Source: Oopsacas minuta (Eukaryota > Animalia > Porifera). Taken from it: a stretch of DNA of 64,000 bases. This document shows positions 37,270-50,546 of the stretch, piece after piece. Location of the stretch: NCBI GenBank assembly GCA_024704765.1, contig JAKMXF010000099.1, positions 798,846 to 862,845 on the forward strand, read 5' to 3'. The first letter of the stretch is position 1, and every line of letters starts with the position of its first letter. Below the pieces are notes generated by a model, which saw nothing but the letters and a program-made list of their open reading frames with translations, did no database searches and was not told where the DNA came from. Made by a program: the position numbers and the translations under genes.

Positions 37270-38340
37270 CAATGTTAACTACACATTTATTGGACCATAT
37301 AACCAAGATTTGTTTCTATTTCTATCCGGACCACTTTTTGAAGCAGTGCTACGCCACTGTAATCACACTCGTTTTAGTTTACATTGCAAATTTTCATATT
37401 AAGAGAGGTATAAGACACAACATCCGAACCTACCAAAATATCAAGAATTTTGTTAAATTATAGACTCATACTTCGTTTCCTTCTTTATCAGTCCTTGTTA
37501 AGTAGCTTCTTGCTTTTGCTTCGGGTATTATCTGTAATTGAATAATTGGATACCATTTTTAGATATTGCATGGCCTTATCCGGAAAGGTCAAAATATATT
37601 CCACAGTTGTTAATTCTTAAACTTAGCTACGAAGTTTTAGTTCAGTTTCATTTTCTATATTTTTATTCATAGCCCAAATAATGAAGAATTACATTTCCTA
37701 AGGTTATGGGTGTACATAATTGTTTTCTTTATTAATGCCTCTATTCCATGTTATGGAGCAAATGTTCGGGGACCAGTGACCTAAGTAACATACTAAATGG
37801 GGCAGGATGGCCGCCTACTAAAATATAATACTATATATCTCACCAAGAAGGTTAACAGAAAATGTTTTGTTATCAGATATATCCAGAAATATTTGTTTCA
37901 GAGCAGAGGTATGTATTTCTATTATGAAATATGATTTCTCATCATGTGCTTCCGCAAGAGCCTTTGTAGAAAGAAAAATGCTGCTTCTCAAACTATGTTC
38001 ACACCATATTCTCATTTAGTGCTTGAACGTTGTATATAATGACAAAGGCGAGTATAATGTAAAACACTAGTTGATAGGAATGGAATGTGAATACATTCCT
38101 GCGTTGCTAAGGGAATAGGTTTTCATTTCTTTAACTAACTAAAAAACTATGAGTGCTATGGCTCTAAATGTATACCAGTAGTTCAATAATAATCAATACC
38201 TATTCACTAATAACATAGTTTCTCTGCTTTTTGTCCATACGCTCTGAGATACTTTGACATTTGCTAAATAGATAGCAGTCATATACTAAACGAGAAATGT
38301 CAAAATAACTCAAGTATCAACTGAAATCTAAAGAAATATT
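37270..38340. repeat. Second, inverted copy of the repeat family at 15150-17520
   Basis: Colinear diverged similarity over about 1 kb, uninterrupted at the site where the first copy carries the DD37E element. Confidence 0.75.
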
Positions 38341-38649
38341 ACAAGGGTTGTTCAATAAGTAATGATACTAATGTATCGAATTCATATTCTAGTTAATACA
38401 GCTCTAAGGCTAATATCAGATTACAAGCCTAACTTGATTGTCTAACTGCGATACAATATACTCTTTACTCTTCTAGCATATCATTCAGTATAAAGTTACA
38501 TCTGTATAGACTACTTTTTTCAACAATGCATTTTAGCAAGAAGGAAAACGACAAACAATTTGGTTCTTGTGGAAAAAGGAGAAGACTAGCTCATAAATTC
38601 TTCGTGAAATGCAGGATATTTTCGGTGATAAATGTCCTTCNTATTGCAG

Positions 38650-39385
38650 ATGGAAAGGGGTGGAGGTGCCCGGAAAAGTCATGCAAGAAATTCGCTTCGA
38701 TGAGGATTGGCTCATTCTTTGAAGGTGCTCATATACCGTTAACTGAGTTGGTAGAATTTCTCTATTTCTGGGCCGATAATCTGCAAACTCTGCCTTTTTA
38801 CACAAGAATCTGGGGTGGGGAGAGCATACTATAACAGACTGGAAGAACTTCCTCAGAGACCTATGTGTTGAAGAATTTTTAGTCAATCCTCAACCAATTG
38901 GAGGGCCTGGGCATATTGTAGAAATAGATGAATCAAAGTTTGGACATCGAAAGTATTCAAGAGGTCGTATGCTATCAGGTCAATGGGTATTTGGAGGAAT
39001 AGATAGAGAGACAAAAGATATCTTTATGATACCTGTTCAAGACAGGTCGGCTGCAACATTAGTCCCTCTCATCCAGAGATATATTCTTCCGGGCACTACC
39101 ATACTTTCTGACGAATGGGCATCGTATAATTCTATCCCCGCTGCAAGTTTTCAGCATCTCACCGTCAACCATAGTCTCAATTTTGTTGACCCTACTACAG
39201 GTGTACATACGCAAACAGTTGAGAGTACATGGGGTGGTGCGAAGAAACGGCTGAGGAATTGCATGACTACTAACCCCATACTATTAGATACCCACTTATC
39301 TGAAGTTTGTTGGCAGAAGAAATATGGAGAAGCTAGTTTCTCCAACCTTATCATGGAAATAAGGAAACAATATCCAGTTGTCTAA
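38650..39385 (+). pseudogene. Merlin (IS1595/ISXO2-like) transposase remnant
   Basis: GWRCPEKSC..RIGSFFE, VEIDESKFG.RKY.RG, QWVFGGIDR, TILSDEWASY, TVNH, HTQTVESTW. Frameshifted near 38810; an N at 38641. Confidence 0.88.
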
Positions 39386-40468
39386 CTGTACCATACTTCT
39401 GCTTTGGTGTTTCTTTTGTAGCAGTACTTGTTATATTGTAGATTTGTAGTTAAAGTAGTGTATAGAAAGCTTAATACTAATTAGTTACTCCAAATATAAC
39501 TACTACCCATAGTATTATATCCAGCTATGGGGTGTCATATATTTAATATTCTGCCCACTATCATAAGTAGAAACCCATGAAAACTTTGTTTCAACATTAC
39601 TAACGCACCTGGAGAGAAGCTGGATCATAACTATGCCATTAAATAGTACATGAATTGTTTCTAACATTGATACGAACACAAACGAACGATCAAAATTGGT
39701 TTGCCTTGGCCGGAGTAATACAAGTTAAACTACCATTTTAGGAAACAGAATATATGCAAATATATGTGTCATATCGGGAATTCCATTAACTAGGTCGAAT
39801 TATCGAGGTGCCACAGTATAAAATATGAAATGAAATGTTGCATTGTATATTCAGTGTTGCAGACAGAATAATGTAATAACCTGCTTTCCTTTAAAGTAAC
39901 AAGAATTACCGGCAGTGAAATACACTGAATAGCAAACAAATGAACATGAAAGAGTAGAGTAACAAGCGTGTATAACCGCAATATCAACAGTATGCGCATT
40001 CCTATAGTAATTGTAATGTATAAATCAATACAATTTGACTATAGTGAGTAATACAATTTTCCCCATAGGATTTGGCTTAGGGAGTAAATAAAAGCATTGA
40101 AACAGTTAAAATTAGGCTAAAACCTAAAGAAATCGAGATAGTTGAACTTCTCTCAACGAGTTCTTGAACGGTGCATATAGGGATTTTTGACCACATTAAA
40201 AAAGTTGGGGGGTGTAAGATTCTGCAATTGTACCTACTGTATTAGTTATCAGGCCATCCTCACGCTCTTCCACCGCCAGAATATTTCACGTACTAGCTCT
40301 AAGATCCCAGGAAAGTAGGGATAGCACAGAATACAAGAAGCATATAGTTATACATTCGGGGTGATGTATTTAGGAGGCAACCATAACGTCACGTCCTGTA
40401 TTAGGCATCTGCATTTCTATGTATTTACAGATTTATACGAATCTATGATTTCTCACTTTGTTAGATAA

Positions 40469-40873
40469 ATGAAAAAGAAGCTGATCATCCCAGCCCTGAA
40501 GCCAGCCCCTATGGCTCCAAAGAATAATGTCAATAAGATCAAGAGGCGGTATACTTTTTCCTCCTCTCCTATTCGTACCCGACTTTCTCATAGTCCCCCT
40601 GAGGTTTTCCAACCCCATCAAGCCCCATCACCTATCCCACAACCTTCCCTAAAGCTTCCTTCAGATAAAACTTTCAAAAGGTATAAGCCACCAATGGCAA
40701 AGATCTTTCATCCCAAGAAAAATCAGAAGACCAGAGAGACTATTGATAGTCAAATATACGATGGACCAGTACCTCTTCCTAAAAGAATTAAAATTCAACC
40801 CATATTCAAAAATAAGAAAAAGAAGGAGTACAAATCTTTGAGAGTAGAAGATGGTACTATGGAAGATGTTAAG
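40469..40873 (+). CDS. Exon 1 of CENP-C-cupin-like gene (Lys/Pro/Ser-rich, 135 codons)
   Basis: ATG at 40469 with in-frame TAA just upstream; acceptor TTTGTTAG at 40464; strong phase-0 donor AAG/GTAAGC at 40873. Ends RVEDGTMEDVK, resembling the segment before the CENP-C cupin. Confidence 0.6.
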
Positions 40874-41121
40874 GTAAGCTTGACAGAAACTTGGTCGTAG
40901 CCTCGTTGGGAAATTTGAGAAGAAAAGCTAATATAATGTTATTTATACGATGTCTTGCTACAGGTAACCTGTTAATATATTCCTGCTCATAAGCAATGGT
41001 GACCAAAGGGTCTCAAACCTGGGTATTTTGTGAACATACATTGATAGAACAAGCAAAAAATTTGTAATAGCTAGGTGATTACAAAATACAACGGGCAAGT
41101 GTACAATACCCACCCTACCAA

Positions 41122-42261
41122 CAGGCGCGTCGGAATGGGGGGATGGGGGGTACTCATCCCGCCCATGATTTAGACAGGGGGATAATCCCCCTCTAATTGT
41201 GAGTGAGTATTAAGTTATTTTCGAATTTATTAGAACATTCTGCCACTTTAGGAGGGATATAATTTACAATAGTTTACAGCCCAGATCGGCATTCTCGATA
41301 CTTGTTTGAAAATAATAATAAACCAACTGCGATGGGGGGGTTATTTCCCCCTTCATAGTTTGTTTATACAGGGTGTTTCTCCTATTCATTCACAAAAAGA
41401 ATTGCTCGAATTAAACTCGTAACCAAGTTAGATTGATAAACTTGGTCTCATGTGGTAGATATTTCTTTGACATTTATGAAAACAAAGACATAAACGGATA
41501 CAACTATACGAAATTGTTTGAGAATTAGTATGTTTAAAGTTAGAACCTTTATAATAACGTGTTTAAGCGGATAAAATAATATGGTATCTTTATTATTTTG
41601 CGATTAAGTTGCGTTATTTGTGAGATAAAGTTTTCATCTTCAGTTTTAGTTCTAGAATTGCAATTGGGGGATTGTTTTATAGACTTTGATGCAACCTTCC
41701 GAGGATGACATTACAATGACCTCCACCACTCACTTGAGACACCTACAATTTGACCTATTTCAATGATAGAACTCCACCATCTGTATTTTCCTTTGGGCAT
41801 CACTCAACAATTCTATCTTTGCGTTATACAAATGTCATAAGCTCCTGAATAATATCCAAAATATTGAACCAGATGGTTCTAAAGTTTTGAGTGATAACAT
41901 GAAATTTTTGTGATAGAATTGGTGAAACACCCTGTAGTTATTTTCATATTTTCTAGTTGTATATTTGACACCTCACATATATAGTAATAATTACTACTAA
42001 CAACAAAGCTTGTAAAAAGTAATTTTCCATTTGTTTCATGGCTGCTGATTACCAGCTACACTAGTAGTACTTAAGCAATAAACATACTACTGTGTATATT
42101 TTCAAAATTTAAAATGTCCATAAATACTGAACACCGTGAAAGGAAGTCTGGGAGATTGCCAAAGCTCTAATTTGTACTATATAGATTACTAAATTGAGTG
42201 TTCTTATTCATGCATTCATATCATTAAATCCCCCTTGAAATACCAGTTTCCGACGCCCTTG
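41122..42261. mobile_element. Non-autonomous hAT element
   Basis: Ends CAGGCGCGTCGGAA / TTCCGACGCCCTTG flanked by a perfect 8-bp TSD CCTACCAA. Confidence 0.85.
41369..41934. mobile_element. Tc1/mariner-derived MITE nested in the hAT element
   Basis: TA+CAGGGTGTTTC.CC.ATTC ... GAATTGGTGAAACACCCTG+TA. Confidence 0.8.
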
Positions 42262-43879
42262 CCTACCAATGAGAGACTGAGCCAGGATATCCTGGTATTT
42301 TATAAGAAATAATGAATTTCACCAATCAAATCGCTATAATGGGACGCCCATCAGTCCGAAATTATGTAGCGTTTTTCGAATCGAGTTTAAACAGCTAGTC
42401 ATTAGTTCGAATTTCTTTTCCGAACATGTAAGAATATTCTACAGAATTTCTGCAGCCCTGGTTGTCATCCCAGCGTTTTTACACTTCCTATTAACGTTTT
42501 CTGTAGAGTTGTACCGGGTATCCAGTTCTAATCCAATATCCAGCTATATATTTCGTGAGGTTAGTGAAAAATCTCACGGTTCGATTGTGAAATGTAAGAT
42601 TTTGTGTTAGTTTTCTATGAAATACCAAGGATATGTATTTAATGTAGACACTAAATCAGTGTTTCTCTACCTTATTCGAACTTGAGGCCTTATGTGTAAT
42701 AGGCTATATAACAACCTAATTTGTCCTACAGCTCATTAGAGGAAATATTTATGGCCCGAATCAAACTTTCATACAGTGGAGTCGCTTATGACTTTAATCA
42801 TGCATTTTTAGATAGAATTTTCACACTTTCTGAGGTTGTTCTTCACGATATTTAATTCATTTTTGGAAATACGTGGTAGTAGGTTCACTAAATTCCTCAA
42901 TATTATTTAAGGCCCACTTGTCAGGCGTGAATTCAACTATTGTAAACCCGCGGGGTTAAAGGTTACTAGAATTTACCTTTAAAAACAAGTTTGTTCTATG
43001 TCAGTGTAATTTTGGTGGCATACTCAATAACGTTCCGAGTCACATCAGTTGAGGGTAATCTGACACCGTCCCCAAAAAATGAATTCTCACTGAGGGCATT
43101 GTATCAGGGATATTTGTCATAAAGAAGGAATTTTTGGACTTTTCTTACTTTATTTAAGAATTTACAATTGGATTGGTGTCAAGATTTGCCATGGGTGTTG
43201 CTCGAATATCTGACCAGCTCTGGTTGTTGGTTAGGATCTTTGGAAGCAATATTTGGTTGATTGTAGGACAAATTAATTATTGCTTATAATTGTTGTATTT
43301 GGAATTTTTCTCACTATTTTGTACTGGTACATGCGCCAATACGAAAACCGCAGGCATTCGATACAGCCATACTTGTACATTTTAATTCTCAGAACACAAT
43401 AAGATAATATGTTCACCCCTTTTTTGAATCTATTATAGTAGTTACTAGCAAGACTAAACGAAAGCCAAAACGTGTTTGTCTGCCCATGCAGAATCCATTT
43501 AATTACTAGTTATTGACAACGCAAAACAAATATATTTGTATGTAATAATTTAATACCTAAAATATCCAGTGAACTTTCCAAGCGATGAAATTCCCGGAGA
43601 CGAAATGCCCGGCGACTACTGATGATTTTTACCCAAAAACGGGCTAATTGGGCTTTTTTGTTGAATTTGGCTGAAAATTTGCCAAAAATTCATTTCATTG
43701 TGTTAGAATTTTATTTTTCCTGTTGATATTTGTCACTTAAACTGGGCTAATTGATTGGATGAATTTTCAAAAACTGGGAAAAGTTTCCCAGTTTTTGACA
43801 TTAGAATACTGTCAATATTCAATTTGAATTAATTCCATCATTTTGTGGCACCTAATTAGGATTTTTAAGTCGAAAATCG

Positions 43880-44260
43880 AAAAATTGCTATTATTTTTAG
43901 GGCAGCTCCTATAAAAAGATGGCCTAAAGGCTTGGACGATGTGCGACGTCCGTACGCACGGTCGTGCGAAATCTAGCAGTCCAATTAATTTGAAAATTGC
44001 CATACATGTACATTTTTGGTCGGATTAGCACCTCGGGTATGAATTTTTTCTAAAGTTGAATGTTTTCACCTTTTTTGGTGATTAATCATATTTTCACACC
44101 TTTCTATGTAAAATACAAAAGCAAGCTGGATATTAGGTTTCAACATGTTGTCAGGGGTAATTGGGTGCGTAGAGTCCAATTTTGAGAATTTCAGAGTCTG
44201 AATGTTACAAATTCACAGATTTATCATATCAATAATCATATTTTTACACCTTGTTGTACA
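43880..44260. repeat. Possible Helentron-associated (HINE/DINE-like) short element
   Basis: T-rich start, short inverted subterminal motifs and a GTCCGTACGCACGGTC tract. General resemblance only. Confidence 0.25.
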
Positions 44261-45252
44261 CAGTAAGCAATGATGGTATAATCATGTATTTGTACATAGA
44301 ATTTTCATACTTTCTGAGGTTGTTCCTCAATACAAATGAATCACTTTTGGATATAGTGCCAATTACAATTGACCACTTAAGCAACATATTTTGAGGTGTT
44401 GACTTAAAGCTAACGGCCACAATTTTGATTTAATCCAATTTTTACGGATATTCATGATCAGTGTAAAATTTCCCGTCGTTCAAGTGATCACTACAACACT
44501 TTTCTCCATAGCAACGGAAAAATTCCTCAGGAATGTGATAAGATTCCATCTCAAAATTTATCCTAACCCTATCGAGTGACCCCTTATTCGATACCGCACT
44601 ACTAGCTGAGTCTAATTATATGCGTATTAACTCTATAACTTGTCATTTGACGCAACGTTGCTAAATTGTCATGTTTTCAATGTACTTACTATGTATTTGT
44701 ATGTGTCATACTGATATTTGATACCTTTTTCTTTACATATTGTTTTGATTTAAATAATATGAATAATCATTAGAGTATTAGAATATACTGAATTTCAGGT
44801 CTCAACATTGAATTATCCCCTCTAGGTTGGATTTGCGGCCCCCTAAAATAGTCCTAAACCATCTCACATTATAATGACTTCTGTATTGCGGCCAGTGGTC
44901 ACCATTATTAGGCTCTTGCTGACACTAAACCTGTCTACTAGGGTCACAACATCTATATACGGCAACTTCATTTTCTAACGTCCATACATAAAGTTTACCT
45001 TTGACAAGTTCCTTGGGTGATGGCCATTATTAACTACTGCCCTGTATTATCTTACATAACAGTCACTTGTCTCAATGGTAAACTTTTCTAGACAACTGAC
45101 GCTGGCATGAACCTCAGATTACTACCACGTATTTCCAAAAATGAATTATTGTTATTGAAGAACAACCTCAGAAAGTGTGTAAAATATACTAAAATGCCTG
45201 ATTAAAGTCATAAGCGACTCCACTATCATGAAAGTTTTTTTCGGGCCATAAA

Positions 45253-45355
45253 TCTATATTATTAAATCTCAATTGTTGTTTGTCTGTTTGTTTGTCCGTT
45301 GAATCCCCGAGGCGCAATGCGCCGAGTTCATCGCGAAGCAACGAGCCTTTGCTCG
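45253..45355 (+). mobile_element. 103-bp mini-Helitron
   Basis: Starts TCTATATTATTAAA, has a (TTTG)n tract and GC hairpins, ends CTCG (CTRR variant). Inserted between A and T with no TSD; the empty site ATAAA/TATTTCC is visible in the opposite arm of the host foldback. Confidence 0.75.
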
Positions 45356-47087
45356 TATTTCCTCTAATGAGCTGTACGACAAATTAGGTGAATAAGGCCT
45401 CACAAATGATATGGATTTTGGACCAGGGATGCACGACCCGACCAAAGTGAAAATTACCGAATATGGCGCCTACTAGTTATAATCATCATAATTCGGTATA
45501 ATAAAGTATTCTAGGGTATATATTCTTTACTCTACAGACATTTGTCTTATTTCATACATTTCCCCATTGAAATACGTGAAAGTACCAATCCAGGCATCCT
45601 GGGTGAAGGATTCACATCATATTCCTCCAGCTGACGGATTATCCATTCTACTCCTCGCCTAAATAACATGTATCATAAAACTAAAAAATACTATACGTAC
45701 ATCGCGTTCTAAGTATAACTACAGGGGACTTCGTTAATAAATAAATAAAACGAGGGTAATACTATTTACCCGATTAAAAGTACAAATAATCAAACTAAAT
45801 CAAGTCTCTATAACTGTTATCTAATTGGTATTACAGTTAATACGAACTCTTGTTAAAGAAAATAATATTTTTGCTTTGGCCAGAGTTCGTATTGTGGAGA
45901 TCGCCATAGTTTTCATAAAACATTTGAGCACTCGGAAATCTCCGTCAGCCCAGACCAGGAGTTTACTCGGAGTGCAGGACCTACCTTGAAACTACCATCT
46001 ATGGATATTACAAGATATTTTGATATACTAGTAGTACTTCCGTAATACTCAAGCGATAAATATATTTTCACCTTCAAGCAGGATTACCTCTCCATGACTC
46101 AAATAATCTATTCATTGTTAGTTCAGGGCTGGAGTTTCCCGGTTCACTGCCCTGACTTATGGCGTCCGCGTGACTCAATATGTGAATAACCTCGTAGAAT
46201 TCAACTGCAATAGTGCTTATATTCAATTACAATCATACGGATTGAAATTCCCAAGGCAACCCTTATGATAGCCGTGGGAACGGAATCTCAATTCCCATTC
46301 TGATTCCATTCTCACCGCAACCCTGCTACAGCTCCATCAGCCCCCGGCTTAATCTGGCCCTGGCTCATAGGCATAAAGTTTGTCATTGTGGGGAGGGCCC
46401 CACACTTTTCGCTCCGTACTGTAGATGTAAAGCTGGAAATCTACCAAAACTGAAGTTTGTTTTCATGCTTTTTCTACTGAGCATCAAGAACTGATGGCCA
46501 ATCATAAATTTCATCATCCTGAGTCATGCATTGACATGTTATGCCATCCCTATATATACATTAATCAGGGGCAGGAAACCCAGTACTGCTGGTTTCAGAG
46601 TTGTCCGACGTCGCTGTACCACCTTTAAGTATTGTAAGCTCTGCTATAGCTATACCACATCTATCTGTTCGAAAATATACAAATCGTTAATAATTTTGTT
46701 ACGGCATTTATAATGCCGTAACATTGCAATTAGTGCTGAGTCGCATTATCATATACAAAAACTGGTGAGGTCACCACAAGTGTCAAGTCAGCGTGAAATA
46801 TGAGCATAACTCAACACTTTAAAAACTCTGTCAATTCTCAATCAATTCACCCGAAATTTTGTCAGTACCTCTTCTAGAGTGGTGCTTTCCTACATTCAAT
46901 AATTATTCCCTATCAGACCTACTCTTGCCACAATGACAAATTTGTAATACTAAATCCTCATATAGTCAGGGCTGTTCGCTGAAACCGTGACAAGTCGGGT
47001 GAAAGCACCAAATTAGGTACAATGTTACAGTAGAGTGATGCTTGAACCTTTAGAAAGGGAACCAGATCAGGGGTGTGATGCACAATC

Positions 47088-47860
47088 TGTTTTATGTGCC
47101 ACTTTAGACACATTTTGAAGATGTTTACATGCATATAACCCATCCAGTTTGAATCGAAACGAATTTAATGTCAATATTAGTAATCAGCGAGAGATTTTAC
47201 GTCGTTTGAGTGGTCTCTCGAATATGTTACACAGGAATGTGGCCACACTATCCATTCTCAAAATTTATCCAAAACCTATCGAGTGATGCCTTGTTCGACG
47301 CCGCTAGCCTAGTTGAGTCTGGTTATGCTCATACAGACCCTCTCAATTATCATTAAATACGAATTTTAGTTACAGCCCCATAGAACTAATACAAAATATA
47401 TGTGTGAGCCTCCTGGATCGGTCCAATTTTTTGGAAAGTCCGGTGCCCCTGATTGAAGATTATCGCATTTGCATCGAGATAAACGATATTCTATGTCGTG
47501 TGAAGTAGGTTGATTGTCTCAAACTATCACATTTATTGATTTGTGGCAATCAACCATAAAATCTTATTCAAGATCATTTAGAGGGTCTGTATGTGCATAA
47601 CTAGACTCAGCTAGCCTAGCGGCGTTGTACAAGGGGTCACTCGATAGGTTTAGGACAATTTGAGAATAAAATCTTGCCACATTCCTGAGACATTCTTGTG
47701 TTGCTATGGAAAAAATTTTCCAGAACATATTCGACTTAAGATACGTAATATCTTTCGCTGATTACTAATATTGACACTAAAAAAATCGTTTCGATTCAAA
47801 CTGGATGAGTTATTTGCATGTAAACACCTTCAAAATGTGTCTAAAGTGGCACATAAAACA
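47088..47860. mobile_element. Foldback MITE with about 270-bp arms
   Basis: TGTTTTATGTGCCACTTTAGACACATTTTGAAG... (47088-47350) inverted at 47571-47860. A related fragment lies at about 44460-44625. Confidence 0.85.
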
Positions 47861-48043
47861 AAAATCTAACGATTCTATAGTGGGGTTTCCAATTTTGTAT
47901 TAGGTTTCTATGAAATGACCTGGAATTATGCAGTATTTGTAGACCCAAAATCGTGAGAGTTGAGGACTGAATTTGTCCAAGCCTAACTCCAGGTCAAACT
48001 GGCGAGCATTCTTTGAAAGTATTGCCAATATATATATATATCT

Positions 48044-48351
48044 CAGGGCCAGATTTGTATCATAGTAGGCCTGACGCACTTTTGTTACTAAGATTACTTA
48101 TAAGACTTACACTCGGCGAATACTTACTATCTCTTTCATAAAAAAAATTAGTTCCCATTCATTTTAATACAATTCTTATTCTTATATGACGTATACTATG
48201 ATAGTAGGTATTTATTTATTTGTGTTCCCGAAGGGTTACGTCTTATCCGAGTTCCACTGTATATCTTTTAGGCCCCATACTTTCATGGCCACTAACCTTT
48301 CGTAGGCCTGAAGAACAGTGTCTCTAGTGCCCTATGGATAATATTGCCCTG
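48044..48351. mobile_element. Possible hAT-type MITE
   Basis: Ends CAGGGCCAGATT / AATATTGCCCTG; TSD only partly matching. Confidence 0.35.
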
Positions 48352-48401
48352 ATATAACGCCGATGCTTGAACATATTATTCTAAGCTTTTCACTTGTTTA
48401 G

Positions 48402-48722
48402 GTGGCTCATCAAATAACCAATTCTGTATGGAATACAACAGGTGAAATAAAATATACAATACAGACCCATACAGACCAATTTAGGTGGGGCTACCTGGAA
48501 GTCCTAGCCAGAGGAATGAAGCACACATCTATAAACAACGATTGGATTTTATTCCACCTACAAAAGGGATCCGCAGATGTATACCTTGATGGTGAATATA
48601 TCACAACATTAAATTCCTTAGGGGATTCAGTACTTATACCCCCAGGATCAACCTATCAACTTAAGAACATAACAAGACAAAGTTGTTTCATGACATACAC
48701 AATCATTATACCTATGCTGTAA
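48402..48722 (+). CDS. Exon 2 of CENP-C-cupin-like gene (cupin beta-barrel, 106 codons)
   Basis: Acceptor TTTTCACTTGTTTAG at 48401, phase 0. GEIK..TDQFRWGYLEV..ILFHLQKG...GDSVLIPPGSTYQLKN matches the pattern of CENP-C/Mif2 C-terminal cupins as recalled. Confidence 0.7.
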   Translation: MAHQITNSVWNTTGEIKYTIQTHTDQFRWGYLEVLARGMKHTSINNDWILFHLQKGSADVYLDGEYITTLNSLGDSVLIPPGSTYQLKNITRQSCFMTYTIIIPML

Positions 48723-48749
48723 TGCTTTGTTTGTTATTATCAGTTAATT

Positions 48750-50345
48750 CAGTGCTTCTCAACCAGGGGGATATCTTCCCATTGGGGGGGATGACAATAC
48801 CGAAGAGGGGGATACATATTCGGAGAGAACCATCTATACCTGGGGTGTGCGTAAATAATTTAGTCAGAGGAGGCTCTTCGCTATCGCTACTTATTTTACA
48901 TCTTTGTATTCAATTCCTCGCTCTTTTAAAAAGCCTTTTGCATCACACGTCAATAAAGTTAGTACTAAGATATCATTATTGTTAATACTTTGTAAGGGTT
49001 CGAAAAGATGGCATGCATCTGACAAATATAAATTGCTTTTGTATGACAATAAATACTATGTATTCAATTCAGGGGCGGCGCTAGCTTCATTTCTCCAGGG
49101 GGGCACAAGGGGAACTAAACCGCCAAGACGGGGGCAACTTAGTTTACAATAGAGTTACATAAGGACCACCCGACAGGCCAGGCCCTGCTGTTCTAATCTT
49201 CTGAGTAGTAGTAATACTTATATACATACTTTTAGATTTAGCGTCCTCAAAAATAATGAATAATAATTTATAGTCACCACTTACAATATTTTAATGAAAT
49301 GTGTCTAAGAAATTCCTTGAATTATCCAACGAAAAAATATGGCACCATAGTGCTAAATCACGGACGATATATATTTATACGCTAAATGTGTCTATTAATA
49401 TTTTGACACATGAATACTCTAGAATATTTAAAATTTACTTATGGCGAACTTTTTCGTCCCTACCTCCAATAAGAGGATGTGCATTAATAAGCCTCCTGGG
49501 CCAGATGACCTTAGCTAGGATCCAGATTTCCAACCAATGCAACCAATTCTTGCTAATTCCCTACCACAGATGGTCGTAGGTTTCAGCCCACCTGGTATGA
49601 AAAACATAATTGGCTGGAATACTCCCTATCTTAATGAAAATTCGTACAATGTAACAATACCCATGCGACCCTAAGCTGTTGTTTAATTTTGTCAGGGGAG
49701 GCAGTTGCCCCCCCCACTCAGTATGCTGGCACCGCCACTGATTCAATTGTGAATACGTAATCGGTGTGTGAATTCCAATAATGTGAATAATATGGCATCC
49801 AATCGCTTTTCGGACGTTCCATCAATCCCTAATACCTGCTAACCCTGATGGATATGTCACTGGAAGATATGATGGACTTAGACAACATACTAGTAGACGA
49901 GGTGTTATATTTACAGGAAAATGAGGAGGCATGAAGCTAAATATTTTGTGCTAACAAACTAAATTTCGGTTTTTAGTGAAGGGGCTAGCACCAAATCTTT
50001 TCCAAACGGCTGAAAGATTGCTTTTGGTTCCATTTCCAACAACATATTTTTGTGAGACAACGTTTTCTTCAGCAAATTTTCTTAGGTCAAAACACCACAG
50101 GCGACTTGAATTCAGAGAAGATTTAAGGGTACAATTATTGAAGATTGAGCTAGAGATTTCTAAAATCTGTCAAGAAACAAAAAAGTTACAGCAATTCTAG
50201 TTTATAAGCCAAGTCAATGAGGAAATTGCAACTTCATTGAAGCAAATATTTTACAATAATAGTGTTGCAAATAGCATAGTAGTGTGCATACAATACTACA
50301 ACATACCTAATTAGCATTCCAATGGCTAAGTAATTTGTGTTACCA
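48750..50345 (+). mobile_element. Charlie/Buster-type hAT remnant
   Basis: 5' end CAGTGCTTCTCAACCAGGGG at 48750; C-terminal motif LLVPFPTTYFCETTFS..RRLEFREDLRVQL at 49976-50200. The 3' TIR was not found. Confidence 0.7.
49070..49740. mobile_element. hAT-type MITE
   Basis: Ends CAGGGGCGGCGCTAG / CTGGCACCGCCACTG with a perfect 8-bp TSD ATTCAATT. Confidence 0.88.
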
Positions 50346-50546
50346 ATTAATCATTCTCTTAAATCTAAGTAAATAGACATATTTAGTAAACATACAATCT
50401 GCAATGATGATATTCAGTTAATTAACTACTTATCAAGAGATTATTTAGTAACTACTTGAACTTTAAATAGAGACAGTTGTTAGTTCTATTCCCCGGGTAT
50501 CACATCTTCTAATAATCTCGAGCGATTCTTTTTCATTTGATTAATA

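Larger units (their letters stand above)
42683..45402. mobile_element. Foldback-type non-autonomous element with about 200-bp arms
   Basis: 42683-42880 is the inverse of 45121-45402 once a 103-bp insertion is removed. A partial third arm copy lies at about 44290-44350. Confidence 0.7.

Noticed and set aside
38650-39385. Bacterial IS1595 contamination or recent horizontal transfer
   Set aside because: Merlin elements are the established eukaryotic relatives; both copies are decayed and embedded among eukaryotic TEs.
40770-40830. CENP-C motif in PKRIKIQPIFKNKKKKEY
   Set aside because: Lacks the aromatic YW pair needed for CENP-A tail binding; only the basic part resembles the motif.
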